The position numbers and the translations under genes were made by a program. 64,000 nt of DNA from Bacilli bacterium (GTDB lineage Bacteria > Bacillota_I > Bacilli_A > RF39 > UBA660): contig JAFYER010000012.1 in NCBI GenBank assembly GCA_017544165.1, positions 719-64,718 on the forward strand. Direction: 5' to 3'. Under the pieces are notes generated by a model, which had not been told where the DNA came from, ran no database searches, and was given only the letters and a program-made list of their open reading frames with translations. Below, one piece after another: positions 9,053 to 17,288 of the stretch. Position 1 is the stretch's first letter, and every line of letters begins with the position of its first letter.

Positions 9053-9688
9053 TTAGTACTCTATCGAAGTAATCTTACCAATGTTTGAAAATTCTAAAAC
9101 ATAAGTGTCTTCATTCCAAGATATTTCGATCATTCTAATATTTTCATCATCAACAATTATCTTTATATAATTTTCTTCTATTTTATAGTTATATACATTA
9201 TCGACAATAATTGGATAATTATCTTTAATCAAGTCAAAAATATAAGAAACATTAAAAAATGTATTGATTCTTTCATCATAAGTAGCTTCAGAAAGAACCC
9301 CAAAATTGACAAAATATGCCTTATCATTTTCAATATAATACCTTTTTATACCATCACTATTTTCTGAATAACCAGTAGTTTTATTACCTAATAAATCGCC
9401 CTTATAAACTTCTGAGTCATTATATTTAAAAATATATGAATAATTATTATTTAATAAGGCTTGTTTTTTTGCGTCAAAAGATATTTCAACAACTTCATTA
9501 GTTGTTTCATTGTTAGTATTATTAGAATTATCAACACTATAATTATTTAAAGGTTTTACAACCATAATATAAATAATTCCAATAGCAATTACCCAAAATA
9601 GTAAGCCAATTGCTGATCTAATTTTTTTGTTGGCCACAACTTTCAAAAATTTGTTATTTGGATTATTATTTGATAGATTATCCCACAT
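9053..9688 (-). CDS. hypothetical membrane-anchored protein
   Basis: One N-terminal TM segment (IGLLFWVIAIGIIYIMVV). The start overlaps the end of fmt by 11 nt. No recognised domain. Confidence 0.55.
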   Translation of the reverse strand: MWDNLSNNNPNNKFLKVVANKKIRSAIGLLFWVIAIGIIYIMVVKPLNNYSVDNSNNTNNETTNEVVEISFDAKKQALLNNNYSYIFKYNDSEVYKGDLLGNKTTGYSENSDGIKRYYIENDKAYFVNFGVLSEATYDERINTFFNVSYIFDLIKDNYPIIVDNVYNYKIEENYIKIIVDDENIRMIEISWNEDTYVLEFSNIGKITSIEY

Positions 9689-10601
9689 CTAAATCATCAT
9701 CCTTTTTCAAACCATTAATAAATGATTTAATGTCCATTTCCTTTTTACCAAATGGTTTTATTTTTGTCAAATATATTATACCATCTTTACAAGTAATTCC
9801 TAAACTATTTTTTGATAATATAACTTTTTTTGTTTCAAATATTTCTTTCTTTTCAAAATAAGCTTCATAGACTTTTATTTCATTATTACATAGTTTAAAA
9901 TATGCAAGTGGCCATGGATTAAATGCTCTTATTTTATTAATTATATTATTACCATTGTCCTCAAAATCGATAAGTTCATCTTCTCTTTCAATCATTTTTG
10001 TATATGTTGCCTTTTCATCATCTTGTTTTTGGCGATTATTAGTTCCAGCAATGATTTTAGGTAACTCCTCTTTTATTATTTCTACCCCTAAATAAGATAG
10101 TTTATCGTGTAATGAGCCAACGTTATCATCATCACAAATATCGCATTCCATTTGATTAATGATATCACCGGTATCCATTTGCTGATCCATATACATAAGT
10201 GTCACACCGGTTTTTTTATCGCCATTTAATAATGCCCATTGGATTGGAGAAGCCCCCCGATACATTGGAAGAAGTGAAGCATGAACATTAAGAGCGCCAA
10301 GCCTTGCAGCATTTAAAACCTCTTTAGGTAGAATTTGTCCAAAAGCACATGTAATGATAAGATCTGGCTTTACATCTAATATTTTTTGATAATCATTGCG
10401 TATTTTAATTGGTTGAAAAACTTCTTTACCATATTGAACTGCAACTTTTTTAACTGGTGAATAAGATATTTTTTTATCTCTACCTACCTCTTTATCTGGC
10501 TGGGTAACTACGAGCACAACATTAGTATTATTTATCAAATACTCTAAAATAGGAACAGAAAAATCGGGAGTTCCCATAAAAACCACTTTAAGATTTTGCA
10601 T
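9678..10601 (-). CDS. fmt: methionyl-tRNA formyltransferase
   Basis: VVFMGTPDFSVP...NVHASLLPMYRGASPIQWAL. The start was set at MQNLKVVF, which follows the RBS GGTGAT. Confidence 0.9.
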   Translation of the reverse strand: MQNLKVVFMGTPDFSVPILEYLINNTNVVLVVTQPDKEVGRDKKISYSPVKKVAVQYGKEVFQPIKIRNDYQKILDVKPDLIITCAFGQILPKEVLNAARLGALNVHASLLPMYRGASPIQWALLNGDKKTGVTLMYMDQQMDTGDIINQMECDICDDDNVGSLHDKLSYLGVEIIKEELPKIIAGTNNRQKQDDEKATYTKMIEREDELIDFEDNGNNIINKIRAFNPWPLAYFKLCNNEIKVYEAYFEKKEIFETKKVILSKNSLGITCKDGIIYLTKIKPFGKKEMDIKSFINGLKKDDDLDVG

Positions 10602-10625
10602 TTTCATCACCACTTATATTTTACT

Positions 10626-10655
10626 AAAAAAAAAATACCTTTTTCAAGGTATTTT
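10626..10655 (-). terminator. rho-independent terminator
   Basis: Minus strand AAAATACCTT-GAAA-AAGGTATTTTTTTTTT, directly after the stop of the 580-aa gene. Confidence 0.7.
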
Positions 10656-10656
10656 A

Positions 10657-12399
10657 TTAAATGCTTTGCTTTTTTTCTTTTGAATAGGCGCGCATTCTTT
10701 CTATAATTTCGTCTTTTTTTCTTAAACATTCATTATGAAATCTAGTTAAATCGTTATCAACACCTTTTTCTAAAGCATTATATAAATTATAAATCTTGAA
10801 ACCAGAAAAATACATTTCATAATCATGGCAAAGCAAATTTAAAGCCTCAAAATTATCTTTACCTACTGCATCATAAATTGCTTGAATATTACCATTTTTA
10901 CGTGAAGCTATAATAGAATCTTTAAATTCAAAATAAAACTCTTTTACTAAACAAAATAATTTGGCATAGCTAGAACGACTGGTATTAATACTAGTTTGGC
11001 TATCTCCCAATAAAAATTTGCCTTTTTTATGCATTAACGTACATATTTCTTGGGCAAGAAGTTCATTAATAACTTCATTAAGCATTTCATAATTTCTTTT
11101 GTTTGGATCTTTTTCATGAGAAACTTCTTCTTTATCTTTTATTTCATCATCGCAAATATCCCATCCCGAAACCGAATGTATCATTTTTTCATCATAACCA
11201 AGTAAACATAATTCATATATATGGTTTAATTCATGAATTAATGTACAATCAAATGATTCAATGTCACGATTTCCATTTATGTGCATGACTGGGTAATATT
11301 CTAATTTTCCATCAACAAGTTTATAATTTGGCACAATACAAGTAAGTTCTTTGATAATTGTCGATAAAAATTCGCCTTCTTTAATGACTAAATCAGCTTC
11401 ATCAACACGTTTTTTAACAGCTGCTATATGTGGCATAGCAAGTATAGTTTCTTCGACAGCTTGATGTTCTAAAGAAGTTTTCAAACTACATATTTTATCA
11501 GCATGCTCGAGACTCGGTATTATTCTTTTGCATTCGCTATCAGCAAGATATGCTTCATAATCATCACCATAATCAAAACCCATTTTTTTAAAATAATCAA
11601 TTCGTTCACTTCTAATGCTTTCTTTTTGCCAATCAGGAACATTATCATCATTCAGCATTCTTTCACTTTCTGAGGTAAAAGCACTTATTTTTGTATTATG
11701 CGAGATATCGGCAGTAAAACTTAAATATAATCCTCCTTCTTCAAAGGTATATAGAAAGTAATTATCAATATCAATATTAGCTATTTTTTGTTGATCGGCT
11801 GCAGATAAATATGGCATGATTTCCTTCAAATAAAGCATAAAATACTTTTTATTCATATCATCTTTAATTTTTTCAATTTGTTGCAAATAAGATTGATATT
11901 TACCATATTTTTCGTTAAAAATCTTTTTTTCAAAAACAACAGAATCCTTAAATGCACTTTCATAACTATCAAGCATTTGATATATTTCATCACTGCTAAC
12001 TACTTTGCCTTGTGATTTTAAATGCTCTCTTATTTTACTTGCGAAATCATCAATAAAACTTTTAAAATAGTCCTTATCTTTGTTTTTATAATAGTCATCA
12101 AGAGTTCCCTTTTCTATCGATGAAAGACTACCAAAAAAAATTTTAGCTAACGTTTCATCATAATCTATATTTAATAATTTAAAAAAATGTTTAATAGCTT
12201 CTGCCTTCACCTGCTTTTTCGCTTCATATACAAGATTGCTATAGCCATTCAAACTTAAATATCCAATTGTTATTATGCTATTAAATCTATTAGTAATATT
12301 AGCTCTTTCTTCTTCACCATAAAAATCGACAAAAGCCTCAATAGCATCAGGAATTATCGTTTGTAAAAAACTATCTATGTTTAATTTACTTTCTAACAT
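10657..12399 (-). CDS. hypothetical protein with an HExxH zinc-metallopeptidase-like motif (580 aa)
   Basis: CTLIHELNHIYE, plus a downstream NEVINE that could supply a third ligand. No signal peptide. The family is not recognised. Confidence 0.6.
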   Translation of the reverse strand: MLESKLNIDSFLQTIIPDAIEAFVDFYGEEERANITNRFNSIITIGYLSLNGYSNLVYEAKKQVKAEAIKHFFKLLNIDYDETLAKIFFGSLSSIEKGTLDDYYKNKDKDYFKSFIDDFASKIREHLKSQGKVVSSDEIYQMLDSYESAFKDSVVFEKKIFNEKYGKYQSYLQQIEKIKDDMNKKYFMLYLKEIMPYLSAADQQKIANIDIDNYFLYTFEEGGLYLSFTADISHNTKISAFTSESERMLNDDNVPDWQKESIRSERIDYFKKMGFDYGDDYEAYLADSECKRIIPSLEHADKICSLKTSLEHQAVEETILAMPHIAAVKKRVDEADLVIKEGEFLSTIIKELTCIVPNYKLVDGKLEYYPVMHINGNRDIESFDCTLIHELNHIYELCLLGYDEKMIHSVSGWDICDDEIKDKEEVSHEKDPNKRNYEMLNEVINELLAQEICTLMHKKGKFLLGDSQTSINTSRSSYAKLFCLVKEFYFEFKDSIIASRKNGNIQAIYDAVGKDNFEALNLLCHDYEMYFSGFKIYNLYNALEKGVDNDLTRFHNECLRKKDEIIERMRAYSKEKKQSI

Positions 12400-12679
12400 A
12401 CAAATCTCCTAAAAAGTTAGTTAAATGATAAAAGTCATCAGGAAAATTAGAAATAAAGTTAAAAATTGTTTCTTCCTTATCAGTTTTTAAGAATATATAA
12501 TATTTTTCTTTTTCAAGATTATTATCATTTTCGTAACTTGTTTTCCACATACGAATAATACGTATTAAATTAATAATATCATTATCGTTAATTCTAATCT
12601 TTTTACCATTGATCAAAGCATCACTATTATTGATTTGTACTTCATAATTTGGTAAATGCATTTCAAGTTTTTCTATCAT
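12386..12679 (-). CDS. hypothetical protein (97 aa)
   Basis: Its end overlaps the start of the 580-aa gene by 14 nt, which suggests translational coupling. No recognised motif. Confidence 0.5.
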   Translation of the reverse strand: MIEKLEMHLPNYEVQINNSDALINGKKIRINDNDIINLIRIIRMWKTSYENDNNLEKEKYYIFLKTDKEETIFNFISNFPDDFYHLTNFLGDLYVRK

Positions 12680-12783
12680 AAAAACCTCTCTATCTTTATT
12701 TAACCATAAGATTTAGAATATAAAAAGTAATAAACAAATTATTTACACAAAAAAAGAATCTATAAAAGATTCTAATTTTTAAA

Positions 12784-12859
12784 TGGTGTCCTGTTGGGAG
12801 CTCGAATCCCAGACCCCTTGATTAAAAGTCAAGTGCTCTACCTACTGAGCTAACAGGAC
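12784..12859 (-). tRNA. tRNA-Lys(UUU)
   Basis: GTCCTGTTAGCTCAGTAGGTAGAGCACTTGACTTTTAATCAAGGGGTCTGGGATTCGAGCTCCCAACAGGACACCA. Hand-folded cloverleaf with anticodon loop CTTTTAA and an encoded CCA. Confidence 0.9.
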
Positions 12860-12870
12860 ATAAATATAGA

Positions 12871-12946
12871 TGGCTGCCTCGGATGGATTCGAACCATCGG
12901 AATGTCAGAGTCAAAGTCTGATGCCTTACCGCTTGGCTACGAGGCA
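12871..12946 (-). tRNA. tRNA-Gln(UUG)
   Basis: TGCCTCGTAGCCAAGCGGTAAGGCATCAGACTTTGACTCTGAC...CGAGGCAGCCA. Anticodon loop CTTTGAC. Confidence 0.9.
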
Positions 12947-12954
12947 ATAATAGA

Positions 12955-13038
12955 TGGTGGGAGGATATGGATTTGAACCATAGAACCCGAAGGAACAGAT
13001 TTACAGTCTGCCGCGTTTGACCACTTCGCTACCCTCCC
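12955..13038 (-). tRNA. tRNA-Tyr(GUA)
   Basis: GGGAGGGTAGCGAAGTGGTCAAACGCGGCAGACTGTAAATCTGTTCCTTCGGGTTC...CCTCCCACCA. It has a long variable arm and the anticodon loop CTGTAAA. Confidence 0.9.
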
Positions 13039-13135
13039 AGCACTAAAAAACATTTCCCTTTCGGTACAGGTATAATCTTACCATACTTTTTTTAATTTGT
13101 GAACACTTTTTTTACATTTTTTTATGTTTTACAAA

Positions 13136-13162
13136 TATAAAAGAAAGCTTATTAAAGCTTTC
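13136..13162 (-). terminator. rho-independent terminator after the 177-aa gene
   Basis: Minus strand GAAAGCTT-TAAT-AAGCTTTC followed by TTTTAT. Confidence 0.6.
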
Positions 13163-13169
13163 CATAACA

Positions 13170-13703
13170 TTATTCTAAAGATAATTGTCCACTTTCTACT
13201 GGTAAACCACTATAATTTGCGTCTGTTAAGTTAATTGTTCTTTGAGCTCCAAGAGCATTTTGAATCTCTACAGTTGCCGTATCAGTAGTTAGCGTCGTAT
13301 TTTGAACAGTATTATCAAACTCATGATCACCATCTGAGGCAGTTTGTTTATAATAAATTACTGGTGCATTAGTAGCATCATATGGAACGTTGTCAAAGAC
13401 AGCATCACCATTTGCATTTGTAGTTATAGTGCTACCATATTCATTACCCGTTGCATCAGTTCTAACAAATGTTGCTCCGATGATTGGTGTACCACTAGAA
13501 GTACCATCTTCGGTTACATGAAGTGTTAAAGTTCCAGTTGCCCCAATCGTAAAAGCATAAGTGTTTGTGCCTTCTGTAATGTCTACAGATGTAGGCAAAA
13601 TACTTGCATTATCATAACCATTAACAGTAGCGGTAACATTATAACTTCCATTAACTATATCAGATGTTCCTGTACCATTAGTAATTGTTATTACTTTTGC
13701 CAT
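13170..13703 (-). CDS. hypothetical Thr/Gly/Asn-rich protein with a Cna-B / prealbumin-like repeat signature (177 aa)
   Basis: GATFVRTDATGNEYGSTITTNANGDAVFDNVPYD resembles Cna-B / SdrD-B type beta-sandwich motifs. There is no signal peptide. RBS is AAAGGGGAG. GC content is higher than in neighbouring genes. Confidence 0.55.
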   Translation of the reverse strand: MAKVITITNGTGTSDIVNGSYNVTATVNGYDNASILPTSVDITEGTNTYAFTIGATGTLTLHVTEDGTSSGTPIIGATFVRTDATGNEYGSTITTNANGDAVFDNVPYDATNAPVIYYKQTASDGDHEFDNTVQNTTLTTDTATVEIQNALGAQRTINLTDANYSGLPVESGQLSLE

Positions 13704-14023
13704 AAAATCATCTCCCCTTTATTTATTGGCAGATTGGCATAAAATTGATCTGTCAATAGAAAGGTAACTCTCCTTGAAAAAATTATACTTTGATACATTA
13801 TGGGATAGTAATTACTATTTGCATAAATTGTTCTACAATTAGTTATACCATTAATAGTAAAAACTATTTTATAAAAATCTTTGTCTTTTCCACAAAAGAC
13901 AAATATCCCACATTTGGTATATCCTGAAGCTATTTTTTGACCATTTAAATTATAAATAGTCACCTTTGCTTGGCATTTAGGGCATGCCCCCATTCCCATA
14001 AATTTAATTGTTATCTTTCTCAT
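13691..14023 (-). CDS. hypothetical Cys-rich small protein (110 aa from MRKITIKF)
   Basis: The start was moved to the ATG that follows the RBS AAAGGTGA. KVTIYNLNGQKIASGYTKCGIFVFCGKDKDFYKIVF looks like a prealbumin-fold segment. The C-terminus shares LTDxxYxxLPxxxGxxxL with the downstream 177-aa protein. Confidence 0.5.
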   Translation of the reverse strand: MRKITIKFMGMGACPKCQAKVTIYNLNGQKIASGYTKCGIFVFCGKDKDFYKIVFTINGITNCRTIYANSNYYPIMYQSIIFSRRVTFLLTDQFYANLPINKGEMILWQK

Positions 14024-14090
14024 TTCATCACCTTTCAATTTATAGTATGCATTTTTAAATATTTCGCATATAATAAATATCCCAATAAAA

Positions 14091-14116
14091 TAAAAAAAAT
14101 CACACAAATGTGTGAT
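14091..14116 (-). terminator. rho-independent terminator after tRNA-Thr
   Basis: ATCACACA-TT-TGTGTGAT hairpin followed by a T-run on the minus strand. Confidence 0.75.
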
Positions 14117-14166
14117 ATTTTTTAAATGGTGCCGACAGAGAGAATCGAACTCCCAACCTACTGATT

Positions 14167-14796
14167 CATACTACTATAGTTTTCACTACCACAAATGTGT
14201 TTGTAGTCTGGACTTTCTCTTAACCATGTTCAATAATGAATTTAGGTTCATCGTATAAAGTCTCTACACTCGGTTTAACCTAGCTCGGGATTGTCATACA
14301 AACTATATTTTTTTCTATCTTTCCTACCTTTGCCTCTATTTGCTCCCTTATAAGTAGAAGTTAATGAATGACAATTAGGACATAATAGAATTAAATTGGA
14401 TTCTGAATTGTTTAGGTAATTACCATCTATATGATCAATTTCTAATGGTATAACATGACTATAAACATTTCTCTCTCCCCAACCACATTTAGAACATTTA
14501 TTACCATATTTCATGAATAGATATTTTCTAACATAATTTGAGATTTGATATTTACCTTTCATACCATTTTCAATTCCATTTTGCCAATTACAAATATATC
14601 TTTTATATTCATATTCTTTTTGACAAATGTTATTGCAATAGACTTTTTTCCTTTTTAAAGGCTTACCACAATTTAAACAATTCATCTTCCCCCCAATATA
14701 GTCAATGAAGAGTTCCCCGAATTAGCGATGTCCACCTTAAAAGTTTCCTCTTAAGGGTGCAAGATAGTTCAAGAGTTGAATATCAACATCTATCCC
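14167..14796 (-). mobile_element. group I intron (IC3-like) in the tRNA-Thr anticodon loop
   Basis: The splice-site U36 can form a U.G pair with the internal guide CUAUCUUGCA (14767..14758). The terminal base is G (14167). The conserved-looking segments CUUUUAAGGUGGACAUCGCUAAUUCGGGGAAC and GGUUAAGAGAAAGUCCAGACU...GUAGUGAAAACU...GUAUG resemble tRNA-Leu group I introns as I recall them. An HNH ORF lies inside. Confidence 0.8.
14275..14685 (-). CDS. HNH homing endonuclease, intron-encoded
   Basis: An N-terminal CxxC...C zinc-finger-like segment, then the HNH motif EIDHIDGNYLNNSESNLILLCPNCH. The G-rich RBS is GGGGGGAAG. The ORF lies wholly within the intron. Confidence 0.85.
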   Translation of the reverse strand: MNCLNCGKPLKRKKVYCNNICQKEYEYKRYICNWQNGIENGMKGKYQISNYVRKYLFMKYGNKCSKCGWGERNVYSHVIPLEIDHIDGNYLNNSESNLILLCPNCHSLTSTYKGANRGKGRKDRKKYSLYDNPELG

Positions 14797-14839
14797 ACAA
14801 GTCAGTTGCGCTACCAATTACGCTATGTCGGCATAAAAA

Positions 14840-14916
14840 TGGTGGGCGATATAGGACTCGAACCTATGACCCCCTGCTTGTAAGGCAGGTGCTCTAACCA
14901 ACTGAGCTAATCGCCC
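14840..14916 (-). tRNA. tRNA-Val(UAC)
   Basis: GGGCGATTAGCTCAGTTGGTTAGAGCACCTGCCTTACAAGCAGGGGGTCATAGGTTCGAGTCCTATATCGCCCACCA. Confidence 0.9.
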
Positions 14917-14974
14917 GTCTTTCTTCAAGACAATTTAAATTATACTATATAATTAGAATTAGTGCAAGAAAAAA

Positions 14975-15403
14975 TTAATATATCAGTCCTTCGGAAATGG
15001 CAAAAGGTAAGAAATGATCTCTTATAGCTGAAGACAATTTATACTTACTATCGCCTATTTTATACCAATGATACTTTAGTATTTCAAAATCAGAGGATAG
15101 ATATACATCATCAAGTGGCTTATTACAAATAAACATAGTCATAATAATATTTAAATTAAAATCTGAGGCAGCACATTCTTTAAAACACATAACTGGAGTT
15201 AAATCTTCTTCTTTAATTTCAAAACCATTATGGATTTCTTCGCGCACTTCCCTGATTGCGGCTTCAACTTCCGTTTCACCGATTTCAACACCGCCACCTA
15301 CCATCGTCCATATTTTATTTTTACTACTCCGAACAGATTGAACAATTAGTAATTTACCATCTCTAATGAAAGCTACTCCCACTACTCTTTTAATCTTTTC
15401 CAT
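14975..15403 (-). CDS. NUDIX hydrolase
   Basis: Nudix box GGGVEIGETEVEAAIREVREEIH. Confidence 0.85.
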   Translation of the reverse strand: MEKIKRVVGVAFIRDGKLLIVQSVRSSKNKIWTMVGGGVEIGETEVEAAIREVREEIHNGFEIKEEDLTPVMCFKECAASDFNLNIIMTMFICNKPLDDVYLSSDFEILKYHWYKIGDSKYKLSSAIRDHFLPFAISEGLIY

Positions 15404-15523
15404 ACCTATTACTCCTATGTTAATTATACCGCATTGTTGTCAAATAATAATTAAAAAAATCTTTACTTTACAGCAAATTCTTGCTATATATTGATTGTAC
15501 AGTATATGATAGAAAGGTCATAT

Positions 15524-16906
15524 ATGAACTTTGATATTTATCAGCAAGAACTTATTAAGACAAAGGAAAATATTTTGGTAATTGCAGGTCCAGGCAGTGG
15601 TAAAACGACAACTATTATCAAAAAAGTTGAGTTTTTACTTGATCAAAATGAAAATGCTAAAATACTTCTTTTGTCATTTACTAATAAGAGTGTTGATGAT
15701 ATAAAAAATAGAATTAATAATGAAAATGTTGATATAATGACTTTTCATAAATTAGCTACAAATATTTTAGAAACATATAATTATAACTACAATATAGTAA
15801 ATGGTAATCTTCTTTCCTATATAATTGATGAATACTTTTTGCAAATGGATAAAAAAGATATTAATTTCTTATGCAGATATTTAAATATACTAAATTTTAA
15901 TGGAAAATCCAATGAATATAAATCCTTTAAAAAACTAATTATTACATTTATCAATCTTTTTAAAACTAATAATCATGATATTGATAAATTAAAAGATATG
16001 ATTCAAAACTATCATGACAAATATTTAATAAAAGTTATTTTAAATATACTAAATATTTATGAAACAGAAAAACGAAGTACAAATACAATGGATTTTGATG
16101 ATTTAATTGTTTATGCAACCAATTTATTAAAAAACAATTATATTTATGAAAAATACGATTATATAATCATTGATGAATTTCAGGATACTTCACTTATTAG
16201 ACTAAATCTTATCAAAGAAATCTTTAATAATTCAAAGGCTATTATAACCGCAGTTGGTGACGATGCTCAATCAATTTTTCGATTTACAGGCTGTGATTTA
16301 AATATTTTTTTAAATTTTAATAAATACTTTCCCAATTCAAAAGTACTGTACTTAAGAAATACATATAGAAATTCGCAAGAAATAGTCGATATCTCCGAAA
16401 AATTTATTGAAAAAAATCCAAAGCAGTTAGTTAAGAATATGCATAGCAATATTTGTTCAAATAACCCAATTGAAATAATACCTTTTTTTGACTCTATTAA
16501 AGCTTTAAAAAAGATATTAGATAGTATAAAAGATACTGATATTATGATACTATCTCGTAATTATAATGATATATATAAATATATTGATGATAGTTTTATC
16601 ATTAATAAAGACATTCTAATATATAAAAGCAAAGAAATAAAATACTTAACTATTCATAGTTCTAAAGGATTAGAAAGTAAATATGTCATAATATTAAATA
16701 ATAGTGATAGTACCTACGGTTTTCCCAATAAACTTGAAGATCATTCTATCTTAAAATATGTAACAAGAAATGATAATGAAATACCTTTTGCTGAAGAAAG
16801 AAGGCTTTTTTTCGTCGCTATTACAAGATGCAAAGAAAAGACTTTTCTTCTAGTGCCTTATAAAAATCCATCAATTTTTATTAAAGAAATAAAAAAGATG
16901 TTATAA
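15524..16906 (+). CDS. UvrD/Rep-family (SF1) helicase, short form (about 460 aa)
   Basis: Walker A is AGPGSGKTT. Also present: DEFQDTS, an IHSSKGLE-like segment, and the C-terminal VAITRCKEKTFLL. The start was set at MNFDIYQQELI. Confidence 0.8.
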   Translation: MNFDIYQQELIKTKENILVIAGPGSGKTTTIIKKVEFLLDQNENAKILLLSFTNKSVDDIKNRINNENVDIMTFHKLATNILETYNYNYNIVNGNLLSYIIDEYFLQMDKKDINFLCRYLNILNFNGKSNEYKSFKKLIITFINLFKTNNHDIDKLKDMIQNYHDKYLIKVILNILNIYETEKRSTNTMDFDDLIVYATNLLKNNYIYEKYDYIIIDEFQDTSLIRLNLIKEIFNNSKAIITAVGDDAQSIFRFTGCDLNIFLNFNKYFPNSKVLYLRNTYRNSQEIVDISEKFIEKNPKQLVKNMHSNICSNNPIEIIPFFDSIKALKKILDSIKDTDIMILSRNYNDIYKYIDDSFIINKDILIYKSKEIKYLTIHSSKGLESKYVIILNNSDSTYGFPNKLEDHSILKYVTRNDNEIPFAEERRLFFVAITRCKEKTFLLVPYKNPSIFIKEIKKML

Positions 16907-16922
16907 TAAAACATCTTTTTAA

Positions 16923-17285
16923 CTACTTTTTGCTAAGTGGCTTTCTTACTATAAATGGAATATCTGTAGCATCAATTTTAATAACTCGTTTGCTGCGTAA
17001 GAATAATAAGAAATATTTAAAACAAGTTACCCGATTTTCAATTGTCCTTTTACTAGATTTAGCCGTAGACTTCTTAATACACTCAATAATTATTTTTTCT
17101 GTCAAATCTTTTAAAACTATTTTTTTGTCTTGTAAATAATTAATAAAAACACGAATATGTTTTAAACGCCAATCACGCGTTGAATCACTTATTTTTAATG
17201 TTGAAACATATTCTTCATATTTTGTATACCATTTTAAATAATCACCCTCGAAAAAATAATTTCTAGTTACTGCTCTATTTTTCAT
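16923..17285 (-). pseudogene. tyrosine recombinase N-terminal (SAM-like) domain only; probable integrase remnant
   Basis: The 120-aa ORF has the helical pattern of an integrase N-terminal core-binding domain (TRDWRLKHIRVFINYLQDKKI...TIENRVTCFKYFLLFLRSKRVI). No catalytic R..HxxR..Y domain follows. Confidence 0.45.
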
Positions 17286-17288
17286 ATT

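Larger units (their letters stand above)
14127..14832 (-). tRNA. tRNA-Thr(UGU), split gene: 5' exon 14832..14797, 3' exon 14166..14127
   Basis: The joined exons GCCGACATAGCGTAATTGGTAGCGCAACTGACTTGT + AATCAGTAGGTTGGGAGTTCGATTCTCTCTGTCGGCACCA give a 76-nt cloverleaf. Acceptor stem is GCCGACA/TGTCGGC, anticodon stem ACTGA/TCAGT and anticodon loop CUUGUAA. Confidence 0.85.

Noticed and set aside
14127-14832. My first guess was that the intron-containing tRNA was tRNA-Leu(UAA), the classic host of bacterial group I introns.
   Set aside because: The variable arm is short (AGGT), so this is not a type II tRNA. With the splice site required to follow a U and the intron to end in G, the loop reads CUUGUAA, giving anticodon UGU (Thr).
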